Assembly: GCA_965153355.1 (NCBI GenBank)
Contig: OZ231126.1
Coordinates: 2,418,001 to 2,482,000 of the forward strand
Direction: 5' to 3'
DNA: 64,000 nucleotides
DNA from: Flaccisagitta enflata
Lineage: Eukaryota
The notes beneath the pieces are model-generated. The model did no database searches and was not told the origin of the DNA. It worked only from the letters and a program-made list of their open reading frames with translations. The translations under genes and the position numbers were made by a program. Each line of letters opens with the position of its first letter. Within the stretch, counting starts at the first letter, position 1. Positions 27,920 through 40,805 of this stretch are shown piece after piece.

Positions 27920-28082
27920 AAAGTTTGGTTACATTTGACAAATATTCCCAAGTTTGGTTACATTTAACAAATATTCCCAAGTTTGGTTACATTTAACAAA
28001 TATTCCCAAGTTTGGTTACATTTAACAAATATTCCCAAGTTTGGTAACATTTAACAAATATTCCCAAGTTTGGTTACATTTA
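27920..28082. repeat. 29-bp minisatellite AAGTTTGGTTACATTTAACAAATATTCCC (mirror copy ~33947-34063)
   Basis: Directly visible. Confidence 0.95.
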
Positions 28083-28649
28083 TGGTCAGACACGGAATGG
28101 ATGTTTCCAAAGTCAGTTTTGCAACTTGGAGAACTTATGATGGGCGTAGTAATTAGTCCGTGAGGGATCACAAGACCCTCTTCCATATTTCTCGGTTAAG
28201 ATAAGCAAGGAATATCTTTTTTACCAACTAAAATATGTACTGAAGAAATGAATGCTGTAACCAATTCCGTTGACTAAATCCCCTTATAAACTCCTACGTT
28301 TTAACTTTTAAATCCCTCCCAATCCCAATCCATTCTGTACTAGTTGGCTGCCTATAAAGAAACTCACCTCTGCTGAAATGATTACATTTCTGTTGATCGA
28401 CCGATGGATGGATAAAGCTAGTGTGCGACTAAAACATTAGTCCAACGGGTTTGATATCACTTTCATTTGCAAACTCAAATGCAGAATAAAATCATTTCTG
28501 TAGTTGGTGACAGGAAGTCATCTAACATAGGAAGAAAAAATTCTTTCTCTGTGAATAGAGAAGGTGTTGACTGTTAATTGCCCCAATCTGTGATCAAGTT
28601 CCTAGATTGGGAGGCGCTTAAGAGCTAGAGATAACCATAAATAAGATCA

Positions 28650-30430
28650 ATATCTTCTGGACAGGTGTCCATCCTCTGGACGAATGTCCATTCTCTTGAC
28701 GTGTCTATCTTTATGACGCGTCTCTCTTCAGGATGTCATTTCCTCTGGACGAGTGTCTATCCTCTGAAGGAGTGTCTATCCTCCAAACAAGTGTTTATCC
28801 TCTGAATGGTTGTGAAGGAGTGTCTATCCTCCAAACAAGTGTTTATCCTCTGAATAATTGTCAATCCTCTGAACGAGTGTCAATCCTCTGAACGCGTCTC
28901 TATCCTTTGAATGAATGTCTATCCTCTGAACAAGTGTCTATCCTCTGATCAAGTGTCTATTCTCTGAACGAGTGTCTATTCTCTGAACGAGTGTCTATCC
29001 TCTGAACGAGTGTCTATCCTCTGAACGAGTGTCTATCCTCTGAACGAGTGTCTATCCTCTGAGCGAGTGTCATTACTCTCAGGCAGTGTCTATCACTCTG
29101 AGCAGTGCCATCCTCTGAAACGAGTGTCTATCCCTGAACGAGGTGTCTATCCTCTGGTAGTGTATCACTCTGAGCGAGTGTCTATCCTCCTGAGCAGTGT
29201 CTATCCTCTGAACCAGCGTCTATCCTCTGAGCGAGTGTCTATCCTCTGAGCGAGTGTCTATCTCTGAGCAGTGTCTATCCTCTGAGAACGAGTGTCTATC
29301 CTCCCTAAACCAGTGTCTATCCTCTGAGCGAGTGTCTATCCTCTGAACGAGTGTCTATCCTCTGAAGCAGTGTCTATCCTCTGAACGAGTGTCTATCCTC
29401 TGAACGAGTGTCTATCCTCTGAACGAGTGTATGAACAAGTGTCTATCCTCTGAACAAGTGTCTATCCTCTGAACGAGTGTCTATCCTCTGAACAAGTGTC
29501 TATCCTCTGAACAAGTGTCTATCCTCTGAATGAGTGTCTATCCTCTGAACAAATGTCTATCCTCTGAACAAATGTCTATCCTCTGAACGAGTGTCTATCC
29601 TCTGAACAAGTGTCTATCCTCTGAGCAGTGTCTATCCTCTGACAGTGTCTATCACTGAGCAGTGTCTATCCTCTGAGCAGAGTCTATCACTCTGAACAAG
29701 CGTCTATCACTCTAGATGAGCGTCTATCCTCTGGCCAGTGTCTATCACTCTGAGCAGTGTCTATCCTCTTAACCATTGTCTATCATCCTGAATGACTGCT
29801 ATCCTCTGAACCAGATATCTATCCTCTGAGCAGTGTCTATCCTCTGAGCAGTGTCTATCCTCTGAACGAGTGTCACTGTCACTCAGGACAAGTGTCTGTC
29901 CTCAGGACAAGTGTCTGTCCTCTGAACGAGTGTCTGTCCTCAGGACAAGTGTCTGTCCTCTGAACGAGTATCTGTCCTCTGAACAAGTGTCTGTCCTCTG
30001 AACGAGTGTCTGTCCTCTGAACAAGTGTCTATCCTCTGAACGAGTGTCTGTCCTCTGAACGAGTGTCTATCATCTCTGAGCGAGTGTCCTGTCCTCTGAA
30101 CGTGTCTCCTCTGAACAGTGTCTATCCCTCTGAGCAGTGTCTATCACTCTGAGCAGTGTCTATCCTCTGAACGAGTGTCTATCCTCTGAGCGAGTGTCTA
30201 TCCTCTGAGCGAGTGTCTATCCTCTGAACGAGTGTCTATCCTCTGAACGAGTGTCTATCCTCTGAACGAGTGTCTATCCTCTGAACGAGTGTCTATCCTC
30301 TGAACGAGTGTCTATCCTCTGAACGAGTGTCTATCCTCTGAACGAGTGTCTATCCTCTGAACGAGTGTCTATCCTCTGAACGAGTGTCTATCCTCTGAAC
30401 GAGTCTCTATCCTCTGAACGAGTGTCAATC
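28650..30430 (+). repeat. 19-bp satellite GAGTGTCTATCCTCTGAAC
   Basis: Perfect units at 30220-30420, noisy units internally. Confidence 0.97.
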
Positions 30431-30597
30431 TCGTCAGCTTTAAACCCTGAAAGTAATGTCATATCGTTGATTACCGCTTATTGGTTGCTTTGGTGTGGGT
30501 CGTGGATCCGATGCTGTTGCCGCGTGAATTTGCTAAAAGTGGAATGCGCTAAAAGGTGCTAAAACGGTTTGTGACTTTTTCGGAAACTGCTCAGGCC

Positions 30598-31218
30598 CAG
30601 GGAAGGCTAAAAACTTTTTAGCAACTTTTTAGCAACTTTTTAGCAGCTTTTTAGCAACTTTTTAGCATAAATTTTCATTAAGGGGAACCGCTAAAAAGTT
30701 TTTAGCAAAAATTTTATTGCTAAAAGGTTTTTAGCAAAAATTTTCCTGCTAGAAAGTTTTTAGCACTTTTTAAAAGTGCTAAAATCTTCAATACTGGTCA
30801 AAAATTGCAAAAATAAAAACTGCTTAAAGCCCAAAAATGCTAAAAAGTTTCAGGTTTGAACCTTGCTAAAATAAGAATTGCTAAAAAGTTGCTAAAAAGA
30901 TTTTAGCAAGAAGCATCTTAGCAAAAAAACTTTTTAGCATAACATTTTTTAGCAAAAAAAGTTAGAGCAAGAAAATTTTAAGCAATGGACTTTTTTGCTA
31001 AAAACTTTTTAGCAAAAATTTCTATTGGCAAAATATATTTTAGCAACTTTTTAGCAAAAACAAAGTTTTTAGCAGAAATAAAAGTGTTAAAATCCTGCTA
31101 AAATCTTTTTAGCACCCAAAATTTAAGGGGAACCCGGTGCTAGAAAGTTGCTAAAAAGTTGCTAAAAAGCTGCTAAAAAGTAGCTAAAATAATGCTAAAA
31201 AGTTTTTAGCTTTCCCTG
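30598..31218. repeat. Palindrome centre, dense in TTTTAGC/GCTAAAA motifs, bounded by CAGGGAA..TTCCCTG
   Basis: Dozens of motif copies in both orientations; inverted flanks ACTGCTCAGGCCCAGGGAA / TTCCCTGGGCCTGAGCAGT. Confidence 0.9.
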
Positions 31219-31379
31219 GGCCTGAGCAGTTTCCGAAAAAGTCACAAACCGTTTTAGCACCTTTTAGCGCATTCCACTTTTAGCAAATTCTCTCGGCAAC
31301 AGCATCGGATCCACGACTCACACCAAAGCAACCAATAGCGGTAATCAGCAATGACATTACTTTCCCGGGGTTTGAAGCT

Positions 31380-33340
31380 AGCGGAGGGCCAACTGGGCTA
31401 CTCGTTCAGGGCAGCTACTCGTTCAGAAGAAGGCAGGTACTCGTTCAGATATTACTGTTCGGAAGATGAGTACTACGTTCAGAAGGATAGACACTCGTTC
31501 AGAGGACAGGCTCTCGTTCAGATGAGAGACACTCGTTCAGGGGATAGTTGCTCGCTTGGAGGATAGAGACACTCGCTCCGAGGATAGACACACTCGTTCA
31601 GAGGATAGACACCACTCGTTCAGAGATAGACACTCGTTCAGAGGATAGGAGCGCACCGTTCAGAAGATATCGGTCAGAGATAGGCTGCCGTTGAAGGATA
31701 TGGAACCTTTCACCGGGAATAGGCTGCTCGTTCAGAGGATAGTTTTCGTTCAGAGGATGGAACACTCGTTCAGAGGATAGACACTCGTTCAGAAGAGATA
31801 GGCACTCGTTCAGAGGATAGGCTGCCGTTCAGAGGATGGACATTTGTTCAGAGGATATAGACTCGTTCAGGATGCGACACTCGTTCAGAGAATATAGACA
31901 CTCGTTCAGAAAGGATATAGACCTTCGTTCAGGATATAGAACACTTTCGTTCAGAGGATATAGACACTTTCGTTCGGAAGATATGAACGCACCGTTCGGA
32001 GGATGCTCTTTCGTTCAGAGGACCAGACGCCGTTCAGAGGGATGAGCGCCGTTCGGAAGACAGACGCCGTTCGAAGGTAGAACGCCGTTCAGAAGCGACG
32101 CCGTTCAGAAGATCGGTCAGAGGATAGGTACCTTTCGTTCAGAGATGAGCACTGCGTTCGAGAATGAACGCCGTTCGGAGGATGATTTTCATTCGAAAGG
32201 GATAGACGCCGTTCGAAGGATGAACGCTACGTTAGAGGACAGACACTTTCGTGGTAGACACTGCCGTTCAGAGGATGAACACTGCGTTCAGGATAGACAC
32301 CGTTCAGAGATCGACGTTCAGAGGATAGACCGTTCGGAAGGATAGACACTCATTCAGAGATAGACGTTCAGAGATGATACTTGTTCAGAGATGAACACTT
32401 GTTCAGAGATGGACCTTCGTTCAGAGGTGGGCACTCGTTCGGAGGATAGCTCCGTTCGAGGATAGACGCCGTTCGGAAGATAGACACTTCGTTCGGAAGA
32501 GATAGACACTGTCGGTCGAAAGATGGCTCGTTCAGAAGATGACACTTCGTTCAGAGAGATAGACCGTTCAGAGGATGACACTTGTTCAGAGGATAGACAC
32601 TTGTTCAGAGGATAAACACCGTTCAGGGAGCGTTCAGAATAGACATCGTTCAGAGGATGAACACCGTTCGAAGAAGACACTCGTTCAGAGGATAGACACT
32701 CGTTCAGAGGATAGACACTCGTTCAGAGGATAGACACTTGTTCAGAGGATAGACACTTGTTCAGAGGATAGACACTCATTCAGAGGATAGACACTTGTTC
32801 AGAGGATAGACACTCATTCAGAGGATAGACACTCGTTCAGAGGATAGACACTCGTTCAGAGGAAAGACTTGTTCAGATGATAAAAAATTGTTCAGAGGAT
32901 AGACACTTGTTCAGAGGATAGACACTTGTTCAGAGGATAGACACTCGTTCAGAGGATAGACACTCATTCAGAGGATAGACACTCATTCAGAGGATAGACA
33001 CTCATTCAGAGGATAGACACTCATTTAGAGGATTGACACTCGTTCAGAGGATAGACACTTGTTCAGAGAATAGACACTTGATCAGAGAATAGACACTTGA
33101 TCAGAGGATAGACACTTGTTCAGAGGATAGACATTCATTCAGAGGATAGACATTCATTCAGAGGATCGACACTCGTTCAGAGGATAGAAAATTATTCACA
33201 ACCATTCAGAGGATAAACACTTGTTTGGAGGATAGACACTCGTCCAGAGGAAATGACATCCTGAAGAGAGACGCGTCCTAAAGATAGACACGTCAAGAGA
33301 ATGGATATTTGTCCAGAGGATGGACACCTGTCCAGAGGAT
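31380..33340 (-). repeat. 19-bp satellite, inverted orientation (GTTCAGAGGATAGACACTC)
   Basis: Directly visible; very noisy over 31380-32680. Confidence 0.97.
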
Positions 33341-34139
33341 ATGTATCTTATTTATAGTTCTCTCTAGCTCTTAAGCGCCTACCAATCTAGGAACTTGATC
33401 ACAGATTGGGGCAATTAACAGTCAACACCTTCTCTATTCACAGAGAAAGAATTTTTCTTACTGTTTTAGATGAGTTCCTCTCACCAACTACAGAAATGAT
33501 TTTATTCTGCATTTGAGTTTGCAAATGAAAGTGATGTCACACCCGTTGGACTAATGTTTTAGTCGAACACTAGTGACTGGCTTTATCCATCCATTGGTCG
33601 ATTAACAGAAATGTAATCATTTCAGCAGAGGTGAGTTTCTTTATAGGCAGCCAACTAGTACAGAATGGATTGGGATTGGGAGGGATTTTAAAGTTAAAAC
33701 GTAGGAGTTTATAAGGGGATTCAGTCAACAGAATTGGTTACAGCATTCATTTCTTTGGTACATATTTTAGTTGGTAAAAAAGATATTCCTTGCTTATCTT
33801 AACCGAGAAATATGGAAGAGGGTCTTGTGATCCCTCACGGACTAATTACTACGCCCATCATAAGTTCTCCAAGTTGCAAAACTGACTTTGGAAACATCCA
33901 TTCTGTGTCTGACCATAAACACTAATGCTTACCAAAAAAAGATAAGTGGGAATATTTGTTAAATGTAACCAAACTTGGGAATATTTGTTAAATGTAACCA
34001 AACTTGGGAATATTTGTTAAATGTAACCAAACTTGGGAATATTTGTCAAATGTAACCAAACTTCAATAATTCACCCAAGGGCAGCATTGTTCAGATACCT
34101 TGTTAAATTTTCTGAATCGAAACAAATGCAGAAACCTAA

Positions 34140-37100
34140 TTTAAGTCTAATAACAGTCACAGAAACATGTTTCTAAAAATATTTAACAGAAACTAATTCC
34201 ATTCATAACCACCTTTTAGGCCCTCCCAATCCAGAAAGTTTTTCCTAAAACTAATCAAAATTATTCTTTTAATAAATGACAGAAACAGAGATAAAATCAT
34301 TTCTGCAGTAAAAGTGTTTCTTCATAGGAAGCTAACTTGTACCAAAATGATTTCATTTACATGTTTATTTCTGTAAATTACAGAAACAAATCATTTCCCA
34401 AGAGTGAGTTCGCTTTAAGGTAGCTAGGTTAGATGTTTCTAGAATTAATTACAGATATGGATTTCATTTCTGATGACTAAATCCCCAAAAAACCCCTACC
34501 TTTATAGCCCCGCCCAATCCAGGAACTTTATCCTATAAATGGACACTCATTTTCATTTACAGAAATAAACACATAAATAAAATTATTTCTGTAAATAGTG
34601 TGTCTGCTTATAGGACGTCAATAAGTACAGAAATGATTTTATTTCTGAGTTTATTTCTGCTATTGAAAATTCGTTTACAGGGTCAAGTTCCTTGATAGGG
34701 AGGGGCTAATAAGGTAGGGGTTTACAGGGGGATTTAATATTCAGTGATGGGAAATATTTCTGTGATTATTTCTTGAAATAAATTCTCATTCCTGTGATTA
34801 TTTCTGGGTATAATAGAATAGGCTTAAAAAATAGAAATTAGAATTTTTTTCTTCATTGAAAATTTGTTTACATGATCATACACTCATTTTCATTTACAGA
34901 AATAAACACAGAAATAAAATTATTTCTGTAAATAATGTCATCTTATAGAACAGCAATAGTTACTGAAATAAAAATATTATTGAGTTCATATCTGCATTTA
35001 AAAATTCATTTACAGGGTAAAGTTCCTTGATTGGGAGGGGCTAATGAGGTAGGGGTTTACAGGGGGATTTAATGTTCAGAAATGGGAAATATTTCTGTGA
35101 TTATTTCTGGAAATAAATTCTCATTCCTGTGATTATTTCTGGAAATAAATTCTCATTTCTGCAACTATTTCTGGGAATAATAGAGTAGGCTTAGAAAAGA
35201 GATATTAAAAAGAATAGATTTGAAAGTTATCGAAAACTGGTGTCGTTTCTAGAAATAATTACAGAAATAGATTACATTTCTGATGACTAAATCCCCCAAT
35301 AAACCCCTACCTTTATAGCCCCTCCCAATCCAGGAACTTGATCCTAGAAATGGCCATAATGACACACATTTTCATTTACAGAAAAAAACACAGAAATGAA
35401 ATCATTTCTGTAAATAGTGCGTCACCTTATAGAACAGGGATAATTACAGAAACGATTTTATTTCTGAGTTTATTTCTGCAATCGAAAATTTGTTTACATG
35501 GTAAAACACTTATTTTCATTTACAGAAATAAACACAGAAATAAAATTATTTCTGTAAATAGTGCGTCACCTTATAGAACAGCAAAAATTACAAAAATAAA
35601 TATATTTCAGAGTTTATTTCTGCAATTGAAAATTCGTTTACAGGGTAAAGTTCCTTGATTTGGAGGGGCTAATAAGGTAGGGGTTTACAGGGGGATTTAA
35701 TGTTCAGAAATGGGAAATATTTCTGTGATTATTTCTGGAAATAAATTCTCATTTCTGTGATTATTTCTGGAAATAGATTCTCATTTCTGTAACTATTTCT
35801 GGGAATAATAGAGTAGGCTTAGAAAAGAGAAATTAATGCAGAATAGATTTGAAGGTTTTTTTCATTACAGAAACAACTACAGAAAACTGGTCTCGTTTCT
35901 AGAAATATTTACAGAAATAGATTACATTTCTGATGACTAAATCCCCCAATAAACCCCTACCTTTATAGCCCCTCCCAATCCAGGAACTTGATCCTAGAAA
36001 TGGGCATAATGACACTCATTTTCATTTACAGAAATAAACACAGAAATAAAATCATTTCTGCAAATAGTGTGTCACCATATAGAACAGGGATGATTCCAGA
36101 AATGATTTCATTTCTGAGTTTATTTCTGCAATTGAAAATTCATTTACATGGTCATACACTCATTTTCATTTACAGAAATAAACACAGAAATAAAATCATT
36201 TCTGTAAATAGTGTGTCACCATATAGAACAGCAATAATTACAGAAATGATTTTATTTCTAAGTTCATTTCTGCAATTCAAAATTCGTTAACAGGGTCAAG
36301 TTCCTAGATTGGGAGGGGCTAATAAGGTAGGGGTTTATAGGGGGATTTAATGTACAGGAATGGGAAATATTTCTGTGATTTTTTCTGGAAATAGATTCTC
36401 ATTTCTGTAACTATTTCTGGAAATAATAGAATGGGCTTAGGAAAGAGAAATTAATGCAGAATTGATTCAAAGGTTTTTTTACGTTACAGTAACAACTACA
36501 GAAATCTGGTCTCATTTCTAGGAATAATTACAGAAATGGATTTCACTTCTGATGACTAAATTCCCCAATAAACCCCTACCTTTATAGCCCCTCCCAATCC
36601 AGGAACTTGATCCTAGAGATGGGCATAATGACACTCATTTTCATTTACAGAAATAAACACAGAAATAAAATCATTTCTGTAAATAGTGTGTCACCATATA
36701 GAACAGGGATGATTACAGAAATGATTTCATTTCTGAGTTTATTTCTGCAATTGAAAATTCATTTACATGGTCATACACTCATTTTTATTTACAGAAATAA
36801 ACACAGAAATGAAATCATTTCCGTAAAAGGTGTGTCACCTTATAGAACAGCAATAATTACAGAAACGATTTTATTTCTGAGTTTATTTCTGCAATTGAAA
36901 ATTTGTTTACAGGGTCAAGTTCCTTGATTGGGAGGGGCTAATAAGGTAGGGGTTTACAGGGGGATTTAATGTTCGGAAATGAGAATTGTTTCTGTGATTA
37001 TTTCTGGAAATAGAATCTCATTTCTGTAACTATTTCTGGAAATAATAGAATAGGCTTATAAAAGAAAAATTAATGCAGAATTGATTTGAGGGTTTTTTTT

Positions 37101-39578
37101 TCATTACAGAAACAACTACAGAAATCTGGTCTCAATTCTAGGAATAACTACAGAAATGGATTTTATTTCTGATTACTGAATCCCCCAATAAACCCCTACC
37201 TTTATAGCCCCTCCCAATCCAGGAACTTGATCCTATAAATGGGCATAATGACACTCATTTTTATTCACAGAAATAAACACAGAAATAAAATCATTTCTGT
37301 AAATAGTGTGTCACCTTATAGAACAGGGATGATTACAGAAATGATTTCATTTCTGAGTTTATTTCTGCAATTGAAAATTCATTTACATGGTCATACACTC
37401 ATTCATTTACAGAATAAAACACAGAAATAAAATCATTTCTGTAAATAGTGTGTCACCTTATAGAACAGCAATAATTACAGAAATGATTTTATTTCTTAGT
37501 TCATTTCTGCAGTTCCTAGATTGGGAGGGGCTAATAAGGTAGGGGTTTACAGGGGGATTTAATGTACAGAAATGGGAAATATTTCTGTGATTATTTCTGG
37601 AAATAGATTCTCATTTCTGTAACTATTTCTGGAAATAATAGGCTTCAAAAAGAGAAACTAATGCAGAATTGATTTGAAGGTTTTTTATCATTACAGAAAT
37701 TGCTACAGAAAACTGGTTGCGTTTTTAGAAACAATTACAGAAATGGATTTCATTTCTGATGACTAAATCCCCCAATAAACCCCTACCTTTATAGCCCCTC
37801 CCAATCCAGGAACTTGTTCCTAGAAATGGGCATAATGACACTCATTTTCATTTACAGAAATAAACACAGAAATAAAATCATTTCTGCAAATAGTGTGTCA
37901 CCATATAGAACAGGGATGATTACAGAAATGATTTCATTTCTGAGTTCATTTCTGCAATTGAAAATTCATTTACATGGTCATACACTCATTTTTATTTACA
38001 GAAATAAACACAGAAATAAAATCATTTCTGTAAATGGTGTGTCACCTTATGGAACAGCAATAATTACAGAAATGATTTTATTTCTGAGTTTATTTCTGCA
38101 ATTGAAAATTCGTTTAGAGGGTAAAGTTCCTAGATTGGGAGGGGCTAATAAGGTAGGGGTTTACAGGGGGATTTAATGTTCGGAAATGAGAATTATTTCT
38201 GTGATCATTTCTGGAAATAGAATCTCATTTCTGTAACTATTTCTGGAAATAATAGAATAGGCTTATAAAAGAAAAATTAATGCAGAATTGATTTGAGGGT
38301 TTTCTTTTCATTACAGAAACAACTACAGAAATCTGGTCTCAATTCTAGGAATAACTACAGAAATGGATTTCATTTCTGATTACTAAATCCCCCAATAAAC
38401 CCCTACCTTTATAGCCCCTCCCAATCCAGGAACTTGATCCTATAAATGGGCATAATGACACTCATTTTCATTCACAGAAATAAACACAGAAATAAAATCA
38501 TTTCTGTAAATAGTGTGTCACCTTATAGAACAGGGATGATTACAGAAATGATTTCATTTCTGAGTTTATTTCTGCAATTGAAAATTCATTTACATGGTCA
38601 TACACTCATTCATTTACAGAATAAAACACAGAAATAAAATCATTTCTGTAAATAGTGTGTCACCTTATAGAACAGCAATAATTACAGAAATGATTTTATT
38701 TCTTAGTTCATTTCTGCAATTCAAAATTCGTTTACAGGATCAAGTTCCTAGATTGGGAGGGGCTAATAAGGTAGGGGTTTACAGGGGGATTTAATGTACA
38801 GAAATGGGAAATATTTCTGTGATTATTTCTGGAAATAGATTCTCATTTCTGTAACTATTTCTGGAAATAATAGGCTTCAAAAAGAGAAACTAATGCAGAA
38901 TTGATTTGAAGGTTTTTTATCATTACAGAAATTACTACAGAAAACTGGTTGCGTTTTTAGAAACAATTACAGGAATGGATTTCATTTCTGATGACTAAAT
39001 CCCCCAATAAACCCCTACCTTTATAGCCCCTCCCAATCCAGGAACTTGTTCCTAGAAATGGGCATAATGACACTCATTTTCATTTACAGAAATAAACACA
39101 GAAATAAAATCATTTCTGCAAATAGTGTGTCACCATATAGAACAGGGATGATTACAGAAATGATTTCATTTCTGCAATTGAAAATTCATTTACATGGTCA
39201 TACACTCATTTTTATTTACAGAAATAAACACAGAAATAAAATCATTTCTGTAAATAGTGTGTCACCTTATAGAACAGCAATAATTACAGAAATGATTTTA
39301 TTTCTGAGTTTATTTCTGCAATTGAAAATTTGTTTACAGGGTAAAGTTCCTAGATTGGGAGGGGCTAATAAGGTAGGGGTTTACAGGGGGATTTAATGTT
39401 CGGAAATGAGAATTATTTCTGTGATCATTTCTGGAAATAGAATCTCATTTCTGTAACTATTTCTGGAAATAATAGAATAGGCTTAGAAAAGAGAAACTAA
39501 TGCAGAATTGATTTGAAGGTTTTTTTTTCATTACAGAAACAACTACAGAAAACTGGTCGCGTTTCTAGAAATAATTAC
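34140..39578 (+). repeat. ~620-bp complex satellite, right-arm copy
   Basis: AATCCCCCAATAAACCCCTACC recurs near 35289, 35939, 36558, 37179, 37765, 38385, 38997. Confidence 0.95.
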
Positions 39579-40483
39579 ACCACTAAGCAGACCTCTGTAG
39601 CTCAACTCTTTTAGATTTTACAGCAGAAATAGTAAAATGATTCATTTTGATCTCTAAGGTAAATATCATTAATTTCCATTTTTGAAATTCCAGCAGTTTT
39701 ATTTGGATATTTTCTATACATAGAAATCATAGACACATAAGAAAATCGATGACCGCTGTAAAGAACTTCAAAAGAGCTTTCATTTGCCACCAAGTAGAGC
39801 TCATTAGCTCAAATCATTTAGAAGCCTCACCATGAAACCAAAGTGGCAAAAAACAGATAAAAGAGATGAGAAACCAGTCACATGCAAATCAGTAACGCTG
39901 CTATATGAGACAATAACAATCACTATAAAAGCTATATCTAATGCCAAAATACGCTAAAATAAATTTAAAGAAAACAGGTTTTTCTGATCAATCTTCAAAG
40001 TTTAAGAACTAAATTCAATTGCGAGGACTTAATTTGACCAAGACAGTATTAGAATTTGAATTTTAACAAGGCTGGATACATGGCTACGCCTCTCACATGC
40101 AAATGGGCAGGAGCAGTGAGCTCACAAAGCTAATAAATACTGAACTAGTAAAACATAGCCAGGTGTCGCGAAGCTAACTAAAACTCAAATTTCAAATTCT
40201 AAAAATATCAGTCAATTAATATCTTAAAATCAGAATACAAATTCCTAAAAATTGATTATGAAATCTGTATTTTATATTCAAGGATTAAGCTCGATTTTTA
40301 AAAAATAAGAATTGGAATTAGAGCTTGAATTGAAAAAAATTTGAATTAACATTCTAACATTTAGAAGCTATTTCACATTTTTTAAAATGATCTTATTTCT
40401 GAATGCATAAAACATTTTTGCCAGTATTCTGCAGAGATGATTACAGAAATCGGTCTCTGGAAATGGTTTCAAAAACTTATTCT

Positions 40484-40805
40484 CCATGATGGCATACCTT
40501 GAAGTCCATGATGGCATACCTTGAAGTCCATGATGGCATACCTTGAAGTCCATGATGGCATACCTTGAAGTCCATGATGGCATACCTTGAAGTCCATGAT
40601 GGCATACCTTGAAGTCCATGATGGCATACCTTGAAGTCCATGATGGCATACCTTGAAGTCCATGATGGCATACCTTGAAGTCCATGATGGCATACCTGGA
40701 AGTCCATGATGGCATACCTGGAAGTCCATGATGGCATACCTTGAAGTCCATGATGGCATACCTTGAGGTCCATGAGGGCACACCTTGAAGTCCATGATGG
40801 CATAT
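40484..40805 (-). repeat. 22-bp satellite CATCATGGACTTCAAGGTATGC (mirror of ~21423-21765)
   Basis: Directly visible. Confidence 0.97.

Noticed and set aside
28650-33340. Possible CRISPR-like repeat-spacer array
   Set aside because: Contiguous 19-bp tandem units with no unique spacers, eukaryotic context and no cas genes
24043-39396. Repeated 60-120-aa MILEMGIMTLIFIYRNKHRNK ORFs that look like a gene family
   Set aside because: They are the ~620-bp satellite monomer; frameshifts and stops vary among units and most use non-ATG starts
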